Positions 24,333 to 33,400 of a DNA stretch of 60,409 nt are shown in pieces; within the stretch, counting starts at the first letter, position 1; each line of letters begins with the position of its first letter. The translations under genes were made by a program, and so were the position numbers. Source of the DNA: a virus; the IMG/VR virus record IMGVR_UViG_3300031949_000038, positions 1 to 60,409 of that record. One strand, given 5' to 3'. Below the pieces are notes generated by a model, which saw only the letters and a list, made by a program, of their open reading frames with translations, was not told the origin of the DNA and made no database searches.

Positions 24333-24986
24333 ATGCACGTCCTTATTGCCTGTGAATTTTCTGGCGTTGTCCGAGATGCCTTCACCGCGCTCGGGCATGA
24401 TGCTTGGTCGTGTGATCTGCTGCCGAGTGAAGGCAAGCCGCTTGGATATTGGCATCCAGATCACTACCCGCCAGGCCATCAGCTTTCCAACAAACAGCAG
24501 CACTACCAATGCAGCATTTTTGAACTGCTGCCCGGAGGTAGGACGTACCGGACAATGGCCTTGGAAGACCAAGCCCCTAAGTGGGACTTGCTGATAGCTC
24601 ACCCCCCCTGCACTCACTTGGCCGTTTCCGGCGCAAGGTGGTTCAAGGACAAGCGACAGGAACAGGCTGACGCCATCCAGTTTGTAGAAAAGCTCTGGAA
24701 TGCAGGCGTTTTTCGGATAGCTATCGAAAACCCGGTCAGTATTCTGAGCACCCGGTCGATTCTCGGAAAGCCAACGCAGATTATCCAGCCGTGGCAGTTC
24801 GGGCACGGCGAGGTAAAGGCTATCTGTCTCTGGCTCAAGAACCTGCCGAAACTGATACCGACAAACATCGTGGCCGGGCGCGAGGCGCGGGTTCACAAGA
24901 TGGCCCCAGGCCCAGATCGCTGGAAAGAACGAAGCCGCACGCTCGCCGGGATAGCGGCAGCGATGGCCGAACAATGGGGAAAGTGA
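24333..24986 (+). CDS. Short C5-cytosine DNA methyltransferase-like passenger protein
   Basis: AHPPCTHLAVSG (PC motif IV-like) and AIENP (motif VI-like); only 217 aa. Confidence 0.5.
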   Translation: MHVLIACEFSGVVRDAFTALGHDAWSCDLLPSEGKPLGYWHPDHYPPGHQLSNKQQHYQCSIFELLPGGRTYRTMALEDQAPKWDLLIAHPPCTHLAVSGARWFKDKRQEQADAIQFVEKLWNAGVFRIAIENPVSILSTRSILGKPTQIIQPWQFGHGEVKAICLWLKNLPKLIPTNIVAGREARVHKMAPGPDRWKERSRTLAGIAAAMAEQWGK

Positions 24987-25078
24987 GAATTTTTAATCAT
25001 GGGAGTCAAGTATATAATTCCCCTTTTTATCTTTGTTGGCTTTATTGAAGGCATTTGGCTGTGCCACGAGGACATACT

Positions 25079-25294
25079 ATGAGCGATTGGCAACCGATCG
25101 ACACAGCGCCAGAGAACGGAATCTTGCTGCTGTGGGAGCCGTCGCACGTTCCATATGTCGGCTACAGGTCCATTCATGGGGATGGATGGACGGTGGTCAG
25201 TAATTCGAGGATTACGCCGTCGCAATGCAACCCTTCTCACTGGATGGAGTTACCAGAGCCACCGCATCTACGCGAACTTCTAGGAGACGAATGA
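25079..25294 (+). CDS. DUF551-like small protein
   Basis: MSDWQPIDTAPENGILLLW N-terminal motif common in phage DUF551-type proteins. Confidence 0.5.
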   Translation: MSDWQPIDTAPENGILLLWEPSHVPYVGYRSIHGDGWTVVSNSRITPSQCNPSHWMELPEPPHLRELLGDE

Positions 25295-25872
25295 TGAGCG
25301 AATACGACGACCTGAAGGCGCGGCTGGACAAGCGCGTAGAGAACGCGCTACGCGAACAAAATCACTTGACGGGGCAGGATTGCGAATGTAAAGAAGCTGC
25401 CGCCGCGATCCGTGTGCTGGAAGCCTCAGTGGAAATTATGCGTAAGGAAAATGGTATGCAGCATACCAAATTAGTAGCAGCCGAAGCCAAGCGGCGGGAG
25501 GATGTGAGGAAGTGCGAGACGGTTTGCCGCGGTAATGCAGAGCGTGCTGAAAAAGCAGGCGCTCGCAGTATCGCGCAGGCACATAGGATAGACGCCGCTG
25601 TGGTGGTGAAGTACAAAGACATGGTGAATTACTTGACGGTAGACGATCAGATAGCGTTAATCGAGCTTGTCAAAAAGGTGGACGCTGGACGCCGCGAAGC
25701 TGGGAAAACGCCGTTGGAATGCGTTTGTGTAGAGTCCGACTGGCCGGAATACTTTGAAACATGGACAGCGATTGCCGCCCGCGTTGACGATGTGGCAATG
25801 TATAAAGCGAGGATGCAGCAATTCTCGGATTACGAACAACGCGCCGCTAGCAAGGAGCCTGACCATGACTGA
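25291..25872 (+). CDS. Coiled-coil hypothetical protein (193 aa)
   Basis: AGGAGA RBS; helical charged sequence. Confidence 0.5.
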   Translation: MMSEYDDLKARLDKRVENALREQNHLTGQDCECKEAAAAIRVLEASVEIMRKENGMQHTKLVAAEAKRREDVRKCETVCRGNAERAEKAGARSIAQAHRIDAAVVVKYKDMVNYLTVDDQIALIELVKKVDAGRREAGKTPLECVCVESDWPEYFETWTAIAARVDDVAMYKARMQQFSDYEQRAASKEPDHD

Positions 25873-27067
25873 CAAGAGCGAGACGCCGAAGAACAGAAAC
25901 CAGTGGCATGCGTGGCTCATAGAGTGGAGTGATGGCGAGACTGAGCTTACAGACAGCAAGGATCGGGTTGACCATGTAAGAGTCAATTATAAAGCTGCGA
26001 CGTTCCTGGCTTTGCACGATCTGGAAAAAGAACTCGCCACCGCGCAGGCTGACGCTGAAATACGAACAGGGTATCTGCGCAAAGAATTAGAGGCAGCGCA
26101 GGCTGAACTCGAAGCGAAGCGCAATGAATCCGAGCGGCGCTTTGACATATTCGCAGAGACATCGAACGAATTGCGGGACACACAGGACAGACTCACCGCG
26201 CTTGATCAGGCGGTGCGCGCCGTGCTGCAAAAGGACGTTACCTTGCTTACCGCGGATGATGCAGAAGCACTAGAAGCCGCCCTCACGCAGCTAGCGCAAG
26301 GTGCAACCGAATCCGCAGCGGGGCAGGAAAATGGGCAATTGTGCAACGCCGAGGGGACGCCCGAAGCGCCAGAGTCCCGTCCTGTCCTGTTTGCGGACCA
26401 TTCACTCGGTATCTGTGGCGCAGCCGGCAGAAGCGGACTTCTATGCGGGTTTCCTCCTAAACACAAAGGTCCGCACTCGTGGGAGGATAAGCCTACTGCG
26501 GACCCTACGCCATCCGTGCTAGGCCATCCGGCCTGCAACTACAACATTGACGGCTGGTGCCGCGATACCCAATGCATGGATTCTGGCAAATGCAAAATTG
26601 ATGGTCAGATAGATACAGTCGTGCGTCAATGCGAGGTAGCCGCAAAAGGCTTAGATCGCAATGCTGCGGACCCTACGCCAGCGCAAGAGGATGATTTAGA
26701 CACGGCATGCGCCAATGCAACGGCGCGCATGGAAATCATCAAGGCGAAGAAAGCGCAGCAGCCGGTGGCAGTAGCACTAAATAGCCCGTCAACGATGGAC
26801 TACGGGGTGCGCTGGTTAATTGATAAGCCGCTTCCACACGGAACCACCCTCTACACCGCCCCTCCGCAGGACAGTGAGACGGTGAGGGTGCCGAGGGAGC
26901 AGTTAGAGCATTGGGCCGAATACTGGAATCACAGTACAAACGAGCGCGCTATGGAAGATGCGCTATGCCACATTCTAGGCGAGATAAATGATGCGCTCGC
27001 CGATCGCGCCGGCGACTGCGGCCGAGATTCAGAAGTGGAAAAAATCAGGGAGCAGGAACATGAGTAA
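25865..27067 (+). CDS. Hypothetical protein (400 aa), coiled-coil N-half and Cys-rich middle
   Basis: Long clean ORF in the lower-GC block. Confidence 0.55.
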   Translation: MTDKSETPKNRNQWHAWLIEWSDGETELTDSKDRVDHVRVNYKAATFLALHDLEKELATAQADAEIRTGYLRKELEAAQAELEAKRNESERRFDIFAETSNELRDTQDRLTALDQAVRAVLQKDVTLLTADDAEALEAALTQLAQGATESAAGQENGQLCNAEGTPEAPESRPVLFADHSLGICGAAGRSGLLCGFPPKHKGPHSWEDKPTADPTPSVLGHPACNYNIDGWCRDTQCMDSGKCKIDGQIDTVVRQCEVAAKGLDRNAADPTPAQEDDLDTACANATARMEIIKAKKAQQPVAVALNSPSTMDYGVRWLIDKPLPHGTTLYTAPPQDSETVRVPREQLEHWAEYWNHSTNERAMEDALCHILGEINDALADRAGDCGRDSEVEKIREQEHE

Positions 27068-27212
27068 TCCATACGACAGCACAGCAGTCAAACCTGAACT
27101 ATGTCCGTACTGCGGTTGCCTTCCACATCAAGGCGGCGTGCGGGAATGCCCTGCCATCTACAAGATCGAGTTTTATCCTGATGGCACAATCAAAAGCGTG
27201 GAGAAGCGATGA
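27060..27212 (+). CDS. Cys-containing micro-protein (50 aa)
   Basis: CPYCGCLPHQGG..C; overlapping start. Confidence 0.35.
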   Translation: MSNPYDSTAVKPELCPYCGCLPHQGGVRECPAIYKIEFYPDGTIKSVEKR

Positions 27213-27553
27213 TGACTGAGCAGAGCGGGACGCCAAACATCTATGACGCTGGCCAGACGAATGGGGTCGCATTTCCTGGGTCAGACCCTGCTACCGGTCC
27301 CACCTATTGCAAGCACAATCGCATTGCAAGCATGTGTGCAGAGTGCTCCGCTGCGGACCTTACTCCAGCGCCGCAGGACAGTGAGACGGTGATGGTGCCG
27401 AGAGATCAATATAACCAGTTGTGGGAATTAATATGGGCTGTTGATATTGATAATTACCGAGTTATCTGTAATGACGTTGGTGACAATAGCTGGTTTGATT
27501 TACGCGCCATGCTCGCAGACGCCAAGCCGACTGACGGAGAAAATAATGCGTGA
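27209..27553 (+). CDS. Hypothetical protein (114 aa) sharing a duplicated module with 25865..27067
   Basis: APQDSETVMVPRDQ parallels APPQDSETVRVPREQ. Confidence 0.5.
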   Translation: MMTEQSGTPNIYDAGQTNGVAFPGSDPATGPTYCKHNRIASMCAECSAADLTPAPQDSETVMVPRDQYNQLWELIWAVDIDNYRVICNDVGDNSWFDLRAMLADAKPTDGENNA

Positions 27554-27836
27554 TCTAACTGAAAATGAAAAAGACAGCCTATATGACAGGCGTGAATGTC
27601 CTTTCTGTAAAAGAAAGGAATTTCTTGAAGGGCCGCGCGGAGGTATGTGTACGAATATTGCCTGCGCTAACACCGCCTGCGGAGCAAGGTTTAATATTGG
27701 GCCAGCTACATTCAGGATAGGTCAGTTAATCGCTGAGCCGGCTGGATGCGCGCACCCTTACCGGCCAGTACCAATCACTTCTCCCGGCATACTACACGAC
27801 GACACGCCGACTGACGGCGGGAAGGAGGGAGCATGA
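27546..27836 (+). CDS. Zn-ribbon protein (96 aa)
   Basis: CPFCKRKEF...CTNIACANTAC. Confidence 0.45.
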   Translation: MRDLTENEKDSLYDRRECPFCKRKEFLEGPRGGMCTNIACANTACGARFNIGPATFRIGQLIAEPAGCAHPYRPVPITSPGILHDDTPTDGGKEGA

Positions 27837-28105
27837 GTACGCGTGGCCACGAGCTGCCCGCTGAAACAGATGGCGACCGTTGCGAGGCGACTACCTTTGA
27901 AACAAGTTGGAAGCGGGACAACAAGGTTGACCTGCGCTGCCCGTTCATTGCCAAGGTGCTAATCGACGGCAAGCGGCTATGCAATAAGCACGCGCAGACA
28001 GACGCCCTCGCTATTCTGATTGACCGGCACGAGGCAGAGATAATACTGCGCCCCGCAGCTCGGCCCCTGTATTCGCGAGTTTGCAGCTATAAGGAGAAAC
28101 CATGA
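27833..28105 (+). CDS. Hypothetical protein (90 aa)
   Basis: ATGA-coupled ORF. Confidence 0.45.
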   Translation: MSTRGHELPAETDGDRCEATTFETSWKRDNKVDLRCPFIAKVLIDGKRLCNKHAQTDALAILIDRHEAEIILRPAARPLYSRVCSYKEKP

Positions 28106-28156
28106 CCCCACGCGCCCGCATAGACTCCCTCACCCTCGCCGCCGAGCCGCCTGTCC

Positions 28157-28780
28157 GTGTCTGATCTGATCCCCCTGAAAGATGCCGCGCGCCAGCTTGG
28201 CGGGGTCTCCGTCCGGACACTTGAACGCGAGGAGCGGGACGGGCGTATCATCTTCACCCGCATCCGGTCGCTTCGTTTCATCGCGCCGGAGGAACTGGAA
28301 CGGTATGTGGCAGCCAACGCTGCGGCCACGATCACGAAGGTATGGAATCGAAAGCGCGTTCCGGATAACCCACGCTGCCTGTCGAAGAAAACACACGGAG
28401 AGATCATATCCAAGATTGTGAATGGCAATCACAATGCCGTCTCGAAATCCTTCCATAAGGTAGCTTGGGCGGTCATTAGCGATTCTGTCGTACCTGAAGC
28501 ACTAGAGGACGCTGATCTCGATTACCGCGCATTCAAGAGGATAATGCCGCTGATACCGGACGCCTATGCTATCGACCATTGGCGCCGCAAGTTGACGCTG
28601 TTTGAGGCCGAAATCAACAGCAGACTCACCGCGCACAAACTCCAGACGCTTGCTCATTTTGGCATTGAATTGGCCTTGCTCGGCTGGTTGTTGACGTTGA
28701 TCCGTGTCGATGAATTTGGCCGGATGAGGAAAGAACCGCTTGAGCCGTTCCTTGGGTGCGTTGGTGTTCCTGAGTGCTGA
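28157..28780 (+). CDS. MerR/excisionase-type HTH protein with C-terminal extension (207 aa)
   Basis: LKDAARQLGGVSVRTLEREERDGRI N-terminal HTH; GTG start. Confidence 0.55.
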   Translation: MSDLIPLKDAARQLGGVSVRTLEREERDGRIIFTRIRSLRFIAPEELERYVAANAAATITKVWNRKRVPDNPRCLSKKTHGEIISKIVNGNHNAVSKSFHKVAWAVISDSVVPEALEDADLDYRAFKRIMPLIPDAYAIDHWRRKLTLFEAEINSRLTAHKLQTLAHFGIELALLGWLLTLIRVDEFGRMRKEPLEPFLGCVGVPEC

Positions 28781-28973
28781 CGAACTGCGCGAGTTGACCG
28801 GGCGGGCTAGGCGCAAGGATCAACTTGCCTGGCTCAAAGCCAAGGGCTATAAGCACGAAGTGAACGCGCTCGGTAGGATCATCGTCGCCCGCGCGCATGT
28901 AGATCACCGACTTGGTTTAGGCCAGCCGCCGGCGCCGGAGCCGGACTTTACCGTTTTCCAGCATCGGGCGTAA
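28740..28973 (+). CDS. DUF4224-like excisionase-associated protein
   Basis: LSADELRELTGRARRKDQLAWLKAKGY, directly upstream of the integrase. Confidence 0.6.
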   Translation: MSRSLGALVFLSADELRELTGRARRKDQLAWLKAKGYKHEVNALGRIIVARAHVDHRLGLGQPPAPEPDFTVFQHRA

Positions 28974-28984
28974 GATAGCCGCCC

Positions 28985-29989
28985 ATGTCCAGACGTCGCC
29001 TGACCGATCTTCACCTGCCCACGCGCGTCTATTTCAAGGATGGCCGCTACCGCTATCTGGATCAGGCGAACAAATGGCACACCTTGGGGCGGGAGTGGGG
29101 CAGGGAGGCGCGCGCGGAGTTCGACCGGCTATCTAGGGGCGCCGCGCCACCGCAGACCGTCAGCGCCCTTCTGGACGCTTTCTTGAAGCACCGCGAGGCA
29201 GAGGTTCGCGCCGGCACGAAGGCGATGCGCACTCTGGACGACAACGAGCAGGAAGCCAAGACGCTGCGGATGGTGTTCGGGCAGATGCCGGTGTCGGCGG
29301 TGAAGCGGCAGCACGTCGCGCGTTACCTGCGCGAGCGCACCGACAAGGACGGAAAGCCGGCCCCCGTGCGCGCTAACCGCGAGGCCGCGTTGCTTTCCTC
29401 AGCCTTCGCCTGGGCTATGGGATTGCGGGATTGGGACATCAACGAGAACCCCTGCTACGGGGTGCGCCGGAACACGGAGAGGCCGCGGCGCCGGTACATC
29501 GAAACATCCGAACTGGCGAAGTGGAAAATGACGGCGCCGGACAGGCTCCGGGCGTATGTGCTGCTGAAGCGCTTGACGGGATCTCGGCAGGGGGAATTGC
29601 TCGCGCTCACTAGGGCGAATATCACCGATAGAGGTCTGCAAATCGGTATATCAAAAACGGGGCGGACGAAGATTGTCCGCTGGTCCTGGGCGCTGCGCGC
29701 AACTGTTGAGGCCGCGCTGAAGTTGCACGGAAAGGTGGTGAAGATCGCGCTATTCCCGGCGCGCAACGGCGGGACATTGACCGGCCGCGGCTTCAAGTCG
29801 GCGTGGGCTCGGGCGATGGAACCTTACCTCAAGGCCGGCGGCGCGCCGTTCAGGGAGAACGACATCCGGGCCAAGACGGCGAGCGACTTGCCGACAGCGC
29901 ACGCGCAGGAATTGCTCGACCACGCGAGTTCGGCGATGACACGCGGCACCTATCAGCGGGCGCCGGTGAAGGTCCGGCCGCTGCGTTGA
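28985..29989 (+). CDS. int: Tyrosine integrase
   Basis: RLTGSRQGELLAL, LLDHASSAMTRGTYQR (R...HxxR...Y), adjacent to a tRNA-derived att core. Confidence 0.9.
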   Translation: MSRRRLTDLHLPTRVYFKDGRYRYLDQANKWHTLGREWGREARAEFDRLSRGAAPPQTVSALLDAFLKHREAEVRAGTKAMRTLDDNEQEAKTLRMVFGQMPVSAVKRQHVARYLRERTDKDGKPAPVRANREAALLSSAFAWAMGLRDWDINENPCYGVRRNTERPRRRYIETSELAKWKMTAPDRLRAYVLLKRLTGSRQGELLALTRANITDRGLQIGISKTGRTKIVRWSWALRATVEAALKLHGKVVKIALFPARNGGTLTGRGFKSAWARAMEPYLKAGGAPFRENDIRAKTASDLPTAHAQELLDHASSAMTRGTYQRAPVKVRPLR

Positions 29990-30022
29990 AATCTATAATT
30001 GCCGATTTATGTATTATAGATT
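29990..30022. promoter_or_regulatory. AT-rich hairpin / inverted repeat just after int (terminator or att arm site)
   Basis: AATCTATAAT (29990-29999) and ATTATAGATT (30013-30022), perfect 10-bp inverted repeat. Confidence 0.4.
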
Positions 30023-30052
30023 TCGCAAAACGCAGCAGCTAACCCATTGAAT

Positions 30053-30100
30053 TGGGGTGGCTGATGGGGCTCGAACCCACGACAACCGGAATCACAAACC
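30053..30100 (-). other. attP core: 3' 48 nt of tRNA-His (anticodon loop to CCA), not a full tRNA
   Basis: Minus strand GGTTTGTGATTCCGGTTGTCGTGGGTTCGAGCCCCATCAGCCACCCCA parallels the 3' part of bacterial tRNA-His(GUG). The upstream sequence cannot form a D-arm or acceptor stem. Confidence 0.8.
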
Positions 30101-30417
30101 AAGCGACTTTTGCTGATTTGCAAAGGAAAAATCTGGAAGTCTATAAATTGACCGGCCTGAAACACCCGAAAACGGCCCAGGTAGGGGGAAGCGCGGGGGA
30201 AAATCTACTTAGCCAGCGACGCGGCCCATTCAACGCCCACCAGCATCGAGTACCCGCGCTGCGCTTGCCTGCCGGCGCAGGCCGGCATAGACTTCGGGCA
30301 TGGACTACCCTTTCCTCGTCGGCTTCATAGTCCTCGGCGCGGTCTGGCTGATTGGCTCTAACGTGGAGCGGCTCCACTCATGGGCGCGGCCGGCGGCCAC
30401 GCTTGCGACCCTTGCGC

Positions 30418-33400
30418 TTATCGCTGAAGCGATCTGGCTGATCTCTCGGTAGTCTCGGCAATCCTGTTTTTGATCTTGTAGAGCGCGTCCAGTCGCTCGC
30501 GTTTCTCTGCAGCCGTTCCGGCGCGGTACGGCACCATCTTGATCTGCCGGTTCACGTTCGTCATTTGCTTTTGGGCGTTCGTGTAGAGCCAGTAGAGGCG
30601 GATTTTGTCGCCCTTGTCCTCGATCAGTTCCTTGGCTTCCTCGATGGCTCCGACCTTCTGCAGTTCCCTGAGGTCCGCCATCGCTTGCTGGACTTCCTTC
30701 ATTTGGTCGTAGAGGCGCGTGACGTACTTGGACTGGTAGGACGGAAGGTTCTTGGCGAAATCGCCCGCCACCAGCACGTCATCCACGCGGTAGGCCGGCT
30801 TCCCCGGCAGATCCATCGCGGGGCGCAAAGCAAGGTCTGCGGTGGAGACGATGTGCGAGCCCAGCCATCCAAAGTACCCGCTTACCAGGTGGTCGATCTG
30901 CACGGGGGAAATGAGCCCGTTTTTGCCGAGTAGTTGCGCGGTGGCTGATGTGTACGGGCCGGCGCGCATTGGCTTCGACAGGCGTTCCATGCCCATGCCC
31001 TCAATCGGACGGTCGGTAAAACTGTCCCGGTTCGCGTAGAGCTCGATCAGTGGCATGGCGAGCTGTGGCACCGGGTTCATGGAAAGCTGCTGGCTCACGA
31101 TGCTGAATACCCGCTCGGCGAATTGCTTGCCGGTAAGTTCGTCCGAGATCATGGCTTCGAGGCCGCGCTCCGCGATGGTGGCGATGGCGCCGATCTCGAA
31201 AGGCTTCGGGATGCGGAACATCGTATCGCCAACCCGGAATGCCCAATAAGTTTCACGGTCCCACGCCTCACGTTTTTGCCACTCGTCGTCATCCCGGTAG
31301 GCAAGTAGCAGCGCAATGGATGCCAAGGCTGCCCCGCCGACCACGATACCGAACCGGCGCGGATCTTCCGCAGCGCCGCGGCTGAGTTTGTATAACCCCT
31401 GGAGCCTGGCATTAAAAAACGGAACCGTCTGCGACAGGAATCGGACGGCCGCCCAAGTGCCCTGCATCGAGAAGTCCATCGTGTCCCGAGCCGCGAATGA
31501 CGCCTCAAGATGGGTTTTCCCATCCGCCAGCAGTTTCTTGTAGAGCGCGGCGCGGTTCACGTTCTCTGCCCGGTCCCCAACGGTCTGCCACCAGTCCCAC
31601 GCCTGCTGCATGGCGTCCTTGACCCGCTGCGGAGTTGTCAGGATGGTCTGGTCGTCTACCCCGGACTCGATAAGGCGTTTTACGTGCTCAGCGCGGTTGC
31701 CGTCCAGGATGGTTCCGAAGCGCATCACGCCACCACCGACCAGAATCGAGGCGTACTCCGGGGAGTCGGCTTTCGTCGCCTTCCATCCTGTCAGGACGTT
31801 GCCCAGGACGTTGTAGCTCGCCGGGTTGGCCCCTATCATCTGCAGAGAGTCGCGGATCACGTTGCGGATTCTGAACGTCGGTGAGACTGTGACGCCAATC
31901 GTCAGCCACTTTTTGAATTTCTGCATGACCTTCATGCCGGCGCCCTGGAACCCGGTGAAGCCGATCGCTTTCATGGCGTCGAGCAGGAACGGGTCTTCCA
32001 CCATGAACCAACGCTGTTCGCCCTGGTCGGTGAACGACACCACAGCCTCTTTGAGGCCGGCCGCTTTCGCCATCTGCCGCACGGTTGCCTCGTCTCCTTC
32101 CACAACAGCTCCCACGCGCTGCGCGGCTAGCAGGGATTCCCGCGCGGCTTGGTTATTCAGGCTGGCGTCCAGCAAGTGCGACCAGTTCTTGAGGACGTTT
32201 TCCATCGGGTCGCCCAAAGCCTGTTCACCGCCCTTGAGTACCTTGAAGGCGTACTGGTTCACCAGCCCCTTGCTCGGGATCGGTCCTTGCTGCTTGCCGG
32301 CCTCGTCTTCCATGAGTCTGTAAAACGGAACGTAGAAGTCCTTTTCCCACGCCACCCGGCCGGCGGCGTCGATCAGCCCGGATTTCTCGGCGATGTCGAG
32401 CACCGCCTTGTTGTAGCGGTCCAGATCGGCCCTGACACGGGCGTATTCCTGCGCCCTTGACGCGCCGCCGGCCATTTGGCCTTGGTTCAAGGCTTTCAGG
32501 CGGGAGATGTCCTGCGCGGTGAAGTTGTGCTCCCGTCCTTCGGCCAGCAGCCTTCCGGCCCGGTTGCCGATCACCCATGCGAGGAAGCGGTCATGCTCGC
32601 CCGCTAGTTTGGACATGATGCCGAGGAACCCGCCGCGCTCGAAATTCACGTCCACGGCGCCGTCGTTGTCGAGGTAGACCGTGCCGTAGTTGAGCAGGCC
32701 GTCCAGTGCATTGTCGGCGCCGCGCGCCATGCGGGCCAGCATGTAGGCGTGGTAGTCGTACTCCTTGATGGGGTCGAACTGGTCAACTACGCCTTGCTTC
32801 ATGCGCTTCTGCCAGTCCTTCGACCATTCTTTGACGCGGGCCTTGAGGGTCGGCGGGGCGTGCCATACCCCGGCCTTGCGCAGGGCTTCCTGCGTGTCGG
32901 TCGGCTGCTTCTTCACCCAATCTGGAGCCGTCGGCGTGCGGCTGAACCTGGCTACTGTTTCGTCGCCCGGCTGCCTTCCAGTGTCGCCACTTCCGTTTTC
33001 GCCTTCTCCGACAGCGGTTTCGGCTCGCGCTTGGCTTGCTTCGCCCGCAGTTCGTCTATCTGTTTGTTGGTCGGCGTGGGCTGCGTCGAAATCTGCTTTG
33101 GTAAGGGTCGCATCTTCACCTTCCTCTGTTCTGAAAATCTGCGCGCCGCGATTGATCCACCATTGGCGGGCCTCGGGCGTGACGTGTCTAATCCAAAGAG
33201 TAGTATTTGGGTCGTTGTTAGTCAAGATCGTGTCCAGTATCCGCGTGCCGTACCCATTCTCGCGCCCACCCGAGAAAGTGCGGATGTTGTGCAACTGCAC
33301 CGCCTGATCGCCCCTCCAGCCCAGCGACACAATACCCACTTCGTCGCCCTTGGAAACAACAACGTGCTCGTAGTTCGTGACATCGCCCTGTTTCGACCAT

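Larger units (their letters stand above)
23228..25022 (+). mobile_element. IS1595-family insertion sequence with passenger genes
   Basis: 22-bp perfect terminal inverted repeats GGGAATTATATACTTGACTCCC (23228-23249 / 25001-25022), flanked by the 8-bp direct repeat CTTTTTAT (23220-23227 / 25023-25030). Confidence 0.9.

Noticed and set aside
22785-24974. 729-aa minus-strand ORF
   Set aside because: It is antisense to the transposase and the methyltransferase-like gene. It also crosses the left IS boundary (23228) into phage DNA. A frame created by a recent insertion junction cannot be an ancestral gene, and its composition is shadow-like.
30052-30377. ORFs 30052..30330 (+) and 30141..30377 (-) in the attP arm
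   Set aside because: The first starts inside the tRNA-His fragment. Both lack RBSs and have Arg/Pro/Ala-rich shadow composition. The region is better explained as the att arm.
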